Assembly (NCBI GenBank): GCA_964534375.1
Contig: CAZHPN010000020.1
Span: 1 to 48,814 of the forward strand
Origin: an uncultured bacterium
GTDB lineage: Bacteria > Lernaellota > Lernaellaia > Lernaellales > Lernaellaceae
DNA length: 48,814 bases
Reading direction: 5' to 3'
In this document: one piece after another, positions 1 through 9,055 of the stretch
Numbering within the stretch: position 1 is the first letter of the stretch
Layout of the letters: each line of letters starts with the position of its first letter
The notes under the pieces: generated by a model
Told to the model about the DNA's origin: nothing
What the model saw: only the letters and a program-made list of their open reading frames with translations
Database searches by the model: none
Position numbers and translations under genes: made by a program

Positions 1-177
1 GGCCCCGACCGACTCGCCGTCACCGGGAAAATCGACAGTCTCTATAGGTCCTATGAAATGCCTCGAACCCTCCAAAGAATGCCCGCCGTTGGCCGATTCG
101 ATCGCACCCGAACGTAACTTGACAGAAAACTCCGGCTGCGCAACTGTCGTGACGACCGTTCACACCGAGGTGACGCC

Positions 178-1569
178 ATGAAATGCGAGCGTTGGTTCCT
201 CATGCTTCTCCTGACAGTCGCCTTGCTTGCCGGCGCGACCGCCTGCGGCAGTTCCAGCAGCAGTTCGAGCAGCCATCAACCGGCGGTCGACGACGACGGG
301 TCGCCCGACGACGACGACAACGACGACGCGTCGCCCGACGACGATGACGACAATGACAGCGCCGTCTCCGGGGCGTGCTGCGATCGCTATGACGCCTGTT
401 ACAACGCCACGGGCGCGGATTGCAGCAATATCTACGACGGCTCGTGGCACACCGGCGATTGCGCCAGCTACAACTGCGGAACCGAAACGGGCGCGTGCTG
501 CCTGCCGGGCGGCAATTGCAACGACATGATCACGCAAAGTTCCTGCACGGCGGCGGCCGGCGTCTGGACCGGCGACAACGCGTGCCAATACGTGACCTGC
601 CCGTCGTGGTCGGTGCAAACGGATACGGCCGCGGTATTATTCAGCGTGTGGGGAAGCTCGGCGTCGGACGTCTGGGCCGTCGGCGGGACGCAATCCTCGG
701 GCGATCCGACCGCCGGTTATTGGTATCACAACGACGGTTCCGGCTCGTGGACCTCGACGAAGACGCTCGATGCGGAAATGTTGTACGGCGTTTGGGGAAG
801 TTCTTTCTCGGACGTGTACGCCGTGGGCGCGCAATACACGTCCGGCGCGGCGACGGCCGGCGTTCTTTGGCATTACAACGGGTCGGCGTGGTCCGATGAA
901 GGTCCGACGACGGATGCGGACCTCCTGTACGGCGTGTGGGGAAGTTCCGCCAGCGATGTGTTCGTGGTCGGCTGGGACACGACGACGAGCGCGAGCGTTA
1001 TCTTGCACGGGAACGGCGCCGGCTGGTCGCCGATGACGAACGCGAGCGGCTTCGAACCGGAGTTGTACAGCGTGTGGGGAACGGCGGCCACGGATGTGTA
1101 CGCCGCCGGCTACGGCGGCGATATCGGTTATCTCCTGCACTATGACGGCACGTCGTGGACGAAGGCCACCAAGACCATCGCCGGATATACGGCGCAAATG
1201 TACGGCGTTTGGGGAAGCTCTGCGTCCGATTTGTTCATCGTCGGCTACTGGTCGTCCATCCCCGAGCCGTTGATAATTCACGGCCTCAGCGATATCTTCG
1301 TCTCAATTCCGGCCGGCACATCCGACAACGTCGCGTTGGAGTCCGTCTGGGGAACCTCTGTCTCGAACATCTACGCCGTGGGCAACGATTACACCACCAG
1401 CGCCGGCGAAATCCTGCACTGCAACGGCACGGCGTGGTCGCCGTTGACGCTGCCCAGCGGAACGAACGGGTTGTACGGCGTGTGGGGAAGCTCCGCCGCC
1501 GACGTGTACGCCGTGGGATATTCCAATTCTTCGGCGTCGCCCGGCGTGATTCTGCATTACGGGAGTTAG
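178..1569 (+). CDS. Lipoprotein with Ser/Asp-rich linker, two GACC Cys-rich modules and a ~7-repeat beta-propeller (VWGSSASDVYAVG repeats)
   Basis: GAGGTG RBS; hydrophobic signal ending GATAC; seven L(Y/F)xVWGxxxxD(V/L)(Y/F/W)xVG-like repeats. Confidence 0.85.
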   Translation: MKCERWFLMLLLTVALLAGATACGSSSSSSSSHQPAVDDDGSPDDDDNDDASPDDDDDNDSAVSGACCDRYDACYNATGADCSNIYDGSWHTGDCASYNCGTETGACCLPGGNCNDMITQSSCTAAAGVWTGDNACQYVTCPSWSVQTDTAAVLFSVWGSSASDVWAVGGTQSSGDPTAGYWYHNDGSGSWTSTKTLDAEMLYGVWGSSFSDVYAVGAQYTSGAATAGVLWHYNGSAWSDEGPTTDADLLYGVWGSSASDVFVVGWDTTTSASVILHGNGAGWSPMTNASGFEPELYSVWGTAATDVYAAGYGGDIGYLLHYDGTSWTKATKTIAGYTAQMYGVWGSSASDLFIVGYWSSIPEPLIIHGLSDIFVSIPAGTSDNVALESVWGTSVSNIYAVGNDYTTSAGEILHCNGTAWSPLTLPSGTNGLYGVWGSSAADVYAVGYSNSSASPGVILHYGS

Positions 1570-2427
1570 ATGAACACAACAGCTCAAATTGGCGGCTCTT
1601 CGTCTCGTCTCACACGCGGGCGCGCGGTCGCGCTGATCGCCGTCGCGGCGCTATGCGCCCTTGGCCTCTGGCTCGGGCCGAAACTGTGGATGTTGGTCCG
1701 CTCGACGGACCGGTTCGTGGTCTGGGCGGCCGAGCCGGGCGTGCGGTTCGAGCCCGGCGCCGAGACGATGGCCGGCGAGGTCGCCGCCACGCTGCGCGGC
1801 GCGGTGCGGATGGTCGAGCAGCGGCTGGGCCAACCGTTTTTGAGCCCGCCGGCGGTCTTTGTCTGCGCCAAACTGGCGACCTACAAATCGTACGTCGGCA
1901 ACGCGACCTCGGGCGGCTGCGTCATCAATCGCCGCCTGTTTTTGTCGCCGAAGCCGCAGAACACGGCCGAGCGCATCCCGCAACTGCTCGCCCACGAGCT
2001 GACGCACCTGCACGTCGCGCAGCGCCTTAGCCTGGCGCGCGCGATGCGGCTGCCGTTCTGGTTCAACGAGGGGCTGGCGGTGTTCGTCTCCGACGGCGGC
2101 GGCGCCGAGAACGTCACCGTGCCGGAGGCGCGGCAGGCGATCGCCGACGGCCGCGTCTTCGTTCCGGAAGGAAACCGCGCCTTCTTCTGGCGCAAAGGCC
2201 CGGCGGCTTATCATCTGCCGGCGCACCTGTTCTATCGCGAGGCGGGGATGTTCGTCTTCGACATCGCCATGCGCGAACGCGAGCGGTTCCCGGCCTTCAT
2301 CAAGCGAATCGAAAAAGGGGAATTGCCGGACGCCGCCTATCGCGCCGAATACGGCGAAACGATGGCCGCCGCCTGGGCGCGGTTCGTCGGCGGCATCAAG
2401 GCCGCGCCCGCGCCGATTGCTCACTGA
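1570..2427 (+). CDS. Membrane-anchored zinc metallopeptidase (peptidase MA-like, HExxH)
   Basis: N-terminal TM helix; LAHELTH and downstream WFNEGLA motifs; starts immediately after the previous stop. Confidence 0.8.
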   Translation: MNTTAQIGGSSSRLTRGRAVALIAVAALCALGLWLGPKLWMLVRSTDRFVVWAAEPGVRFEPGAETMAGEVAATLRGAVRMVEQRLGQPFLSPPAVFVCAKLATYKSYVGNATSGGCVINRRLFLSPKPQNTAERIPQLLAHELTHLHVAQRLSLARAMRLPFWFNEGLAVFVSDGGGAENVTVPEARQAIADGRVFVPEGNRAFFWRKGPAAYHLPAHLFYREAGMFVFDIAMRERERFPAFIKRIEKGELPDAAYRAEYGETMAAAWARFVGGIKAAPAPIAH

Positions 2428-2445
2428 ACAGTGAGCAGTGAACAA
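2425..2445 (+). repeat. Heptamer tandem array TGAACAG-TGAGCAG-TGAACAA
   Basis: Read directly; the first TGA is the stop codon of 1570..2427. Confidence 0.75.
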
Positions 2446-2502
2446 TTGGCTTGCCCGATCGCTCGTGAAATGTTCACGCGAGGTGCGAAACGCGGCCGAG
2501 GC

Positions 2503-2529
2503 AACCTGTTGATCCTGTTGATCCTGTCA
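2503..2529. repeat. Nonamer tandem array AACCTGTTG-ATCCTGTTG-ATCCTGTCA
   Basis: Read directly in a convergent intergenic spacer, followed by an A-run. Confidence 0.7.
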
Positions 2530-2586
2530 AAAAAAATATCATAACAACAGCAATAAAAATGGGCCGGCGGGCCGCCGGCGCGGCGG

Positions 2587-3258
2587 TTACGCGCGCGATT
2601 GTCGCGCCCATTTCGCCCGCAACATCCACGCCGCCGCGCCGCAGGCCAGCAGCGCGCCGCCCGCGGCGACCCAGGGCCAGCGCCGCGCGGGGGCCGGCGG
2701 CGCCGGCGCGGCGGCCGCGCGGAGGCGGGGTTTGCCGCCGATGATCTCTTGCGGGGGCGGCGTCATGCCGACGCCGAATTTGAACAGCACGGGACCATGG
2801 AGCGGTTCATCTTCGATGACCCGCGGCAGCCGCACATCGCCAGCCGTGTGAAACGTGACGGCGCCGGTCGCCTGGTAGGCGAGGTTCATGTCGAAGACCT
2901 CGACCTGATGCAGGCCTTCGGTCAGCGCCAGCGGCGCATCGAAGCGATACTTCTCGAACGTCGGCGTCCGCTCGACGACCGTCGCCTGGAACGTCAGCGC
3001 CTGGCCGTCGACAGCGACGGTCAGCAGCCTCCCGACGCGCAAAGCGCTGCGCGTCTCGAACATCTTGGCCTGGACGTCGGTCATTGTGCGCGAATGGCCG
3101 GGTTGGTTGATGGTGATGTCGTAATCGATGCGCACCGCGTCGCGCGACAGCGTGACATCCAGTACATGGTCTTCGCGCGCGCCGGTGTTGTGCGGCCACG
3201 CCGGCGCGGTCCAGACGAGCAGCACGACGCAAGCGGCGAAAAACGCGCGCCGCGTCAT
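2587..3258 (-). CDS. Exported protein with His near the mature N-terminus and a C-terminal TM anchor plus basic tail
   Basis: The ATG at 3258 overlaps the upstream TGA (ATGA); signal MTRRAFFAACVVLLVWTAPAWP-H; C-terminal WPWVAAGGALLACGAAAWMLRAK. Confidence 0.7.
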   Translation of the reverse strand: MTRRAFFAACVVLLVWTAPAWPHNTGAREDHVLDVTLSRDAVRIDYDITINQPGHSRTMTDVQAKMFETRSALRVGRLLTVAVDGQALTFQATVVERTPTFEKYRFDAPLALTEGLHQVEVFDMNLAYQATGAVTFHTAGDVRLPRVIEDEPLHGPVLFKFGVGMTPPPQEIIGGKPRLRAAAAPAPPAPARRWPWVAAGGALLACGAAAWMLRAKWARQSRA

Positions 3259-5957
3259 TTCGTCGGCGGCAGGCCCGGCGGATTCCACTGGCCGTTGCCG
3301 TCGAAGTCGACGTAAATCGGGTTCGTAATCGCAAACGGCGGCTGGCCGCTGTCCATCGGCCCGAGGTCTTTCGTCGAAGAGCCGGTCTCGATGACGAAGT
3401 ACGCGTCGACGGTCGAGGTCATCGGAATCGAGCCGGTGTACCGGACGACGCTCGTCGAAGTCGGGTCGACCGGAATCGTGGCGACTACTTCGCCGTGGTT
3501 CGAGTAGACCTGCACGTGGTCGATGTTGACCCACGACGGCGCCTGCACGACGACGTCGAGGTTGACGGTGTCGCCGACGCCCGTCACGAAGCTGCCCATG
3601 CCCTGCCCGTTGATCGTAAAGGTGATGAACGGTCCGTTGCAGACCTCATTGCGCTGGTGGAGGATCGAATCGACCATATCGAGCGGATCGGCCGTCGCCG
3701 GATCGGCGCTGGGCATGGCGAACATGTCGCGCGGGCTGCCGAGCATGGCCGACGGGGTGTGCGAATCGGAGTTGCCGGTCATGGTGTAGTTGAGGCCCTG
3801 ATCGAGGAAGCTGAACCAGTCGGCCAGCGTGCCCGGATCGTCGAAACCGCTGTTCCACACTTCGAGCGCGTCGAACTTATCCGACCATTGGTGTTGATTG
3901 GCCGACTTGACGCCGAGCGTGCGATCGTAGCCGATCGAGGTGAGCCAACCCATCGAGTTCGAGCGCGGGTGATTGACCTGGATCACCTTGCCGCCGTAGG
4001 CGCCGCGGGCGATCGCCCACATTTCGGGGAACGTGCGGAAGCTGACGAAATCGCCGTTCTCGTCGATGTCCGCCAACCGAATGCCGAAGAAATCCGGCGC
4101 GTTGGCCGGCGGCGTCAGCGGCCACGAATTGAAGTGCCCCCATGTCGGGCTGATTTCCATGCCGCGCACCGGCTTGATCAGCGCCTGCGCGTTGATCGCC
4201 TCGACGTACGACGAGAAATCCGACACGGTGTCGTGATCGGTGAACACCGGCATTTCGATGTCTTCCGCGAGCAGTTCGAGGATGCGCGTCTCGGCGATCG
4301 ATTGCGAGTCGACCGAAAATTCCGTGTGGATATGGAAGTCGCCGGACATCCAGCCGTTGGTGTTGACCACGTGTTCGAGCACGCCGGAAATGGGCGTAGT
4401 CTGACCCGCCGTAACGGTGACATTCTGCGTCGCGAGCTCGTACTCATAACCGCGCGAAATGGTGATCGTGTAGTCGCCGGGCAGCACGGAATCCGTGCCC
4501 TGCCCGGTCGGCCCGATCCACGCGCGGTAGACGACCGGCGCGTCCCACGCGGCGTTCTTGCCCGACTGGAACGAGAACTTCGCCGGAATCGGCTTGCCGG
4601 TGCTGTCGGTGGCGTTGTAGGTCACGTAGCCCGGCTGGCCGATCGTCAGCGTGACCTCGGTCTGCTCGCCCGCGTTGACGTTGGCGACGACCTGCGCCGA
4701 ATTCGCGCGGCCGGCGCCCGAGGCGACCAGGCCGTACCCGCCGGTCGGAAGCTGCATCGTGAAGTGGCCGCCCGAGTCGAGCCGCGCCATGCCGACGTAA
4801 TTCTCGCCGGTCGGCCGCACGAAGTCGTTGACCACCACGTCGATCGTCGACGGATCGTCGCCGGTCGCCAACTGCACCGTGCCGCGGATCGTGCCGTAGT
4901 TCGTATTGTTGTCGTAGGCGTTGATCATTGCCTGGATCGAAGCCGTGTCGCCTGTGCCGATGAAGAACAGGCGCGCGTAAGTCGCCTCGCCGTACGCGGG
5001 CAACGCCAGTTCGTTTTCGACGACCGCCAGAATTTCGCCCGTGGTCGGCTCATCGCTGCCCGACGGGACGTACGGCGACCACAGCTTGCGGTCCGGGTTG
5101 ATCGTCGCGATCGCGTAGGAAACCGGTTGGCGGCGCCGGGAGACGCCGGCGATCCACCGCAGGTCGGCCATCAGATCCAGTTGCTCCAGACCGTAGCCGA
5201 GGCGCGGCGAGAAGATGCTCATCTCGTCGCCCCACAGCGGCGCGTCGGCGACCAGCATGTGGCGGTCGGTCGGCCAGTTGTTCTTCAACGTGGTCTTGAC
5301 CACGAGGTAGTCCTTGTCGGGATAGAGCACGTAATCGGTGGTGACCGTCAACCCGTAATCCCAGGTCGGCAGAAGGTGATCGATGATGTCGATGCCCGCG
5401 TCTTTGCCGACGACCCGGATCACAGCCGGCGCGTTGTGGCCGTCGCTGATCACCTGGATCGACTTCACCAGGTAGCCGCGCAGCAAGCCGAACAGTTGTT
5501 CGCTGGCCCATAAGCCGTCCATGCCCGGCGTGCCCGCCGGCCGGCAGCGGTCGGCGTCGATCAAGTTGCCCGAGTACGGAATCCAGCCGACGGCGTTGTG
5601 CTGCGGCGCGCGAATCACGAAGCGCACGCGCGAATTGTAAATCTTGTAGTCGCCAAGTTGGCCGGCGCTGCGGATGCCGGAGATCAACTCGTCCGCCGCC
5701 TTGATTTCGCCGGCGCGGACTTCGCCCGTCCCCAGTTGATCGGAGAGGTTCGGCCAACCGGCGTTGTCGTCGTCCGCCGGCGACGCATCGTCATCCGCCG
5801 GGGTCGCATCGTCGTCGTCGTCGACGGGCGTCGCGTCGTCGTCCGCCGCGGCTTTGCTGCTGCTGCTACTGCTGCTTTTGGCGCACGACGCCATCGCGAG
5901 AGCGAGGGCAAGAACGAGAATCAACAGTCCCGTGAAGCCAAAATTTCGGCGGATCAT
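3255..5957 (-). CDS. Lipoprotein, CehA/McbA-like PHP-family metallohydrolase with N-terminal beta-sandwich and carboxypeptidase-regulatory-like domains
   Basis: Lipobox AMASC; PHP motifs GDFHIHT, TDHD, GHFN, VNHP, GNSDSH; AGGAG RBS. Confidence 0.85.
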   Translation of the reverse strand: MIRRNFGFTGLLILVLALALAMASCAKSSSSSSSKAAADDDATPVDDDDDATPADDDASPADDDNAGWPNLSDQLGTGEVRAGEIKAADELISGIRSAGQLGDYKIYNSRVRFVIRAPQHNAVGWIPYSGNLIDADRCRPAGTPGMDGLWASEQLFGLLRGYLVKSIQVISDGHNAPAVIRVVGKDAGIDIIDHLLPTWDYGLTVTTDYVLYPDKDYLVVKTTLKNNWPTDRHMLVADAPLWGDEMSIFSPRLGYGLEQLDLMADLRWIAGVSRRRQPVSYAIATINPDRKLWSPYVPSGSDEPTTGEILAVVENELALPAYGEATYARLFFIGTGDTASIQAMINAYDNNTNYGTIRGTVQLATGDDPSTIDVVVNDFVRPTGENYVGMARLDSGGHFTMQLPTGGYGLVASGAGRANSAQVVANVNAGEQTEVTLTIGQPGYVTYNATDSTGKPIPAKFSFQSGKNAAWDAPVVYRAWIGPTGQGTDSVLPGDYTITISRGYEYELATQNVTVTAGQTTPISGVLEHVVNTNGWMSGDFHIHTEFSVDSQSIAETRILELLAEDIEMPVFTDHDTVSDFSSYVEAINAQALIKPVRGMEISPTWGHFNSWPLTPPANAPDFFGIRLADIDENGDFVSFRTFPEMWAIARGAYGGKVIQVNHPRSNSMGWLTSIGYDRTLGVKSANQHQWSDKFDALEVWNSGFDDPGTLADWFSFLDQGLNYTMTGNSDSHTPSAMLGSPRDMFAMPSADPATADPLDMVDSILHQRNEVCNGPFITFTINGQGMGSFVTGVGDTVNLDVVVQAPSWVNIDHVQVYSNHGEVVATIPVDPTSTSVVRYTGSIPMTSTVDAYFVIETGSSTKDLGPMDSGQPPFAITNPIYVDFDGNGQWNPPGLPPTK

Positions 5958-6029
5958 GACGTCTCTCCTTGTTCTTCAAAAAAACGGGCGCCGCAGCCCT
6001 CGCGCGAAGGCGACGGTTGTTTGGAAGCC

Positions 6030-6058
6030 ATTGTTAGAAATTCGTGAGGCCATGTCAA
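6030..6058 (-). promoter_or_regulatory. Putative sigma70 promoter for the PHP hydrolase operon
   Basis: TTGACA-17 nt-AACAAT on the minus strand. Confidence 0.5.
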
Positions 6059-6098
6059 GGTGGCGTTAGGAATGCATGAGGCCGCCGCGCACGGCAAA

Positions 6099-6113
6099 TT
6101 ACGAGTTACGAAT
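6099..6113. repeat. 15-bp direct repeat copy 1 (TTACGAGTTACGAAT)
   Basis: Identical to 8811..8825. Confidence 0.8.
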
Positions 6114-6141
6114 CCGTCACGCGGCAGTCGCCGCCCAAAGG

Positions 6142-8787
6142 CTACAGACACTCCCCACTCGAAATTAAGGCCTGACAGGTCACGCCGCTGTACCAAGTGC
6201 CGTCCGAGTATTCGCATCCGAATTGCGTCGCGTCGAAGCACGCCTGCCCCCCGGCGCCAGCGGGCAGGCAGCAAGCCCCGAGCGTTAAGTCCGCGCAACT
6301 GAAACTGTCGCAGGCGACGCCGCTCAGCCAGGCGGCGTCGACATGGGCGCCGGCGCATTCGGCTTGTGTCATGTCGATGCATCCGACAGTATCGCCGCCG
6401 CAGCACGCCCCGAAGTTTGCGCCGCAGGGCTGTGCGGAACAGAAATCGCCGGCGAACCAATTCTCGGTGCAACCGGTCTGCGTCGAGTCGAAACACGCGC
6501 CGGCGCTGCAGCACACGCCGTAGGCATCGTTGTCGTCGTTGTCATTGTCGTCGTTGTCGTCATTATCGTCGTTGTCATCGTCGTCGTCGGCGGCGGCCGG
6601 CGAGCGCACGCAGCGCACGTAATAGGCGGACGTGCCGACATCGGCGTTGATGCCGCCGTTGCCGAAACTGACGAACCACGCGTAGCCGGCGTAGTTCCCG
6701 AGGAGGGAGGCCGACCAATACCAGCCGCTATACCCGGTGATTTCGGGCGGCCAGAATTCGCCCCCCGGCCCCGGGCCGGCGCCGTCGCAATCCCAACAAG
6801 CGGGCGACAAACAACTCAAATCCAAGCAACCGTCCGTCACGCCGCAGACGCCGCCCGTGCCGGTGTCGGCGCAGCCGCGGATCAGGCTGCGAAACTTGTC
6901 GACGTCCGGAAATTGCCAATCGCTGTAGCCGCCCCAACTCAGGCCCGCGCAATAATTTTGCGCGTCTGTCCAAGCGTAGTTGGTCGAGCCGACGGCAGGG
7001 CCATTTTGCCACATGTAGCCGGTGACCGGATCGGTCCAGAGGTTGTTGTTGCAGGTCCCGCTGTCGCAATCGCCCTGGCACGCGACGCACGCCGCGCCGT
7101 TCAGACCGCACGTCGCCTCGCCGCTGGGCTGGCAGACGCCGTTTCCGTCGCAGCAGCCGCGCGGACAGCTATTCGCGTCGCACTGGCATGCGCCGGCGGC
7201 GCACCCTTGTCCCGCCGGGCACGCCACGCACCCGGCGCCGTTCACGCCGCACGTCGCATCGCCGCTCGTTTGGCAGACGTTCGACGCGTCGCAGCATCCG
7301 TCCGGACACGTGCCGGCATTGCAGGCGTCGTTGTCGTCATCATCGTCCGCCGAATCATTGTCGTCGTCGTCATCAGCGGGCCGCACGCAACGGTACGCGC
7401 TGCCAGCGCTGTCGCTGTTGTTGAAGATGAAGCCGTACGTGAAATCGAGGTCCCACGAGTCGGCGCCGCCGGAGTCCCCGACCGCCGTGGACGACCAGTA
7501 GGGATAGATCACGCCCAAGATCTCCGGCGGCCAGAAGGCGCCGCCCGGCCCGGGGCCGGCGCCGCCGCAGGTCTCGCACGCCTCGCTCCAGCAAGCGCCA
7601 TCCGCGCAGCCGTCGGTCACGCCGCAGGCGCCGCCGGTTTGCGTGTTGGCGCAGCCGCGAACCAGGCTGCGCAGTTCCGAAATCGTCGGCAGATGCCAGC
7701 CGCCGTAGCCGGCCCAACTCAGGGCGGCGCAGGCGCTCGCCGCCAAGGGCTGGACAACGCCGGCGGTCCCGACCGCCGCGCCGTTCTGCCACATCAAGCC
7801 GCTGGTCGAGTCAACCCACACGCTTTGGCCGGAGTCGTCGTCCGGCGCAGAGTCGTTATCGTCGTTATCGTCATCGTCGTCGTCACTGTCATCGTCATCG
7901 TCCGGCGCAGAGTCGTTATCGTCGTCATCGTCATCGTCGTCGTCATTGTCATCGTCGTCGTCCGCCGGCAGAAGCACGCAACGTGCGGTGTGGGCGTTGG
8001 CGACGGTGACCAGGTCGTTGGTGACGGCGCCTTGAACAAAGTCGACGAGCCACGCGATGTTGTTGTTCTCCGAGTCCAGCGAGGACGACCAATACGACCC
8101 GTCGACGCCGGCGATTTCCGACGGCCAGAATGCGCCGCCCGGCCCGGGACCGGCGTCCGGCGTGCAACTCGTGCAGGCGTCGCCAAAACACGCGGGATCC
8201 AGGCAACCGTCCGTCACGCCGCAGGCGCCGCCGGTTTCCGTGGCCGAGCAACCGCGGATCAGGCTGCGAAGCTGCGAGATGGTCGGCAACTGCCAGCCGC
8301 CGGCGTAGCCGGCCCAATTCAGGCCCGTGCAATAACTCTCCGCATCGGGCTGGTCATACTTGGTTGCTCCCACCGTCGCGCCATTCTGCCACATGTAGCC
8401 CGTGACCGTATCGGTCCAGACCGTTGGCGCCGTGTCATCGTCGTCATCATTGTCGTCGTCATCGTTATCGTCATCATCGTCGTCATCATTGTCGTCGTCA
8501 TCGTTATCGTCGTCATCGTTGTCGTCGTTGTCGTTGTCGTTGTCGTCGTTGTCGTTGTCGTCATCGTCGTCATCGACCGAGGAATCGTCATCGTCATCGA
8601 CGGGCGAGGCGTCGTCATCGTCGTCGTCGCCGGGCGAGGCGTCGTCGTTGTCGTTGTCATTGTCATCGTCGTCGACTGCGGCGTCGTCATCGCCGGCCGA
8701 ACCGCCGCTGCACGACGCCGTCGCGCCGACGAGCACGCCCAACAGAAGCGCCAATAAAAACAAACGACTTATTCTTGCCATCAGCAT
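6142..8787 (-). CDS. Large Asp-rich lipoprotein with three DUF1566 (Lcl/C-type-lectin-like) domains, CPxGCCD repeats and three GxCC modules
   Basis: Lipobox ATASC; three domains matching D-x2-(T/S)GxMWQ ... W(Q/H)(L/F)P ... YWS ... RCV; GAGGAGG RBS. Confidence 0.85.
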   Translation of the reverse strand: MLMARISRLFLLALLLGVLVGATASCSGGSAGDDDAAVDDDDNDNDNDDASPGDDDDDDASPVDDDDDSSVDDDDDDNDNDDNDNDNDDNDDDDNDDDDNDDDDDDDNDDDDNDDDDDTAPTVWTDTVTGYMWQNGATVGATKYDQPDAESYCTGLNWAGYAGGWQLPTISQLRSLIRGCSATETGGACGVTDGCLDPACFGDACTSCTPDAGPGPGGAFWPSEIAGVDGSYWSSSLDSENNNIAWLVDFVQGAVTNDLVTVANAHTARCVLLPADDDDDNDDDDDDDDDNDSAPDDDDDSDDDDDDNDDNDSAPDDDSGQSVWVDSTSGLMWQNGAAVGTAGVVQPLAASACAALSWAGYGGWHLPTISELRSLVRGCANTQTGGACGVTDGCADGACWSEACETCGGAGPGPGGAFWPPEILGVIYPYWSSTAVGDSGGADSWDLDFTYGFIFNNSDSAGSAYRCVRPADDDDDNDSADDDDDNDACNAGTCPDGCCDASNVCQTSGDATCGVNGAGCVACPAGQGCAAGACQCDANSCPRGCCDGNGVCQPSGEATCGLNGAACVACQGDCDSGTCNNNLWTDPVTGYMWQNGPAVGSTNYAWTDAQNYCAGLSWGGYSDWQFPDVDKFRSLIRGCADTGTGGVCGVTDGCLDLSCLSPACWDCDGAGPGPGGEFWPPEITGYSGWYWSASLLGNYAGYAWFVSFGNGGINADVGTSAYYVRCVRSPAAADDDDDNDDNDDNDDNDNDDNDAYGVCCSAGACFDSTQTGCTENWFAGDFCSAQPCGANFGACCGGDTVGCIDMTQAECAGAHVDAAWLSGVACDSFSCADLTLGACCLPAGAGGQACFDATQFGCEYSDGTWYSGVTCQALISSGECL

Positions 8788-8810
8788 ATCCTCCTCGCAC
8801 CAGGCGGCGG

Positions 8811-8825
8811 TTACGAGTTACGAAT
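8811..8825. repeat. 15-bp direct repeat copy 2 (TTACGAGTTACGAAT), extended by a partial third unit
   Basis: Identical to 6099..6113. Confidence 0.8.
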
Positions 8826-8871
8826 TACAATGCGGCGAGAGCCCCGCAAATCGTCACTCGCAAGTCGGCGG

Positions 8872-8887
8872 TGCAAGCTTCGCGCCA
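8872..8887 (-). promoter_or_regulatory. Putative sigma54 (-24/-12) promoter for the DUF1566 lipoprotein
   Basis: Minus strand TGGCGCGAAGCTTGCA fits TGGC-N7-TTGC with GG-N10-GC spacing, ~85 nt upstream of the ATG. Confidence 0.6.
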
Positions 8888-9055
8888 AGCCGCAAGGGAT
8901 TTCGCCGTTTTCGCGAAATGTCGCTAACCGCTTGTCCGCAAACGCTTTTTTCACGGGAAATGGGAATCCCGCAACGGCCAACGGAGGGCGCGACGGGAAG
9001 CGATTCCCGTGGCGCCGCGCCTGTGAGGCGGGCGCCGCCGCCCGGTGGTTCCGCC

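Noticed and set aside
119..150. TTGACA upstream of the first gene
   Set aside because: There is no credible -10 hexamer at 16-18 nt spacing.
8430..8700. Periodic gtc/gtt/atc repeats resembling an array
   Set aside because: This is in-frame poly-Asp/Asn coding sequence, with no repeat-spacer structure and no cas genes.
6142..8787. A complete diversity-generating retroelement
   Set aside because: No reverse transcriptase, accessory gene or template repeat is in the window; it is kept only as a possible remote target.
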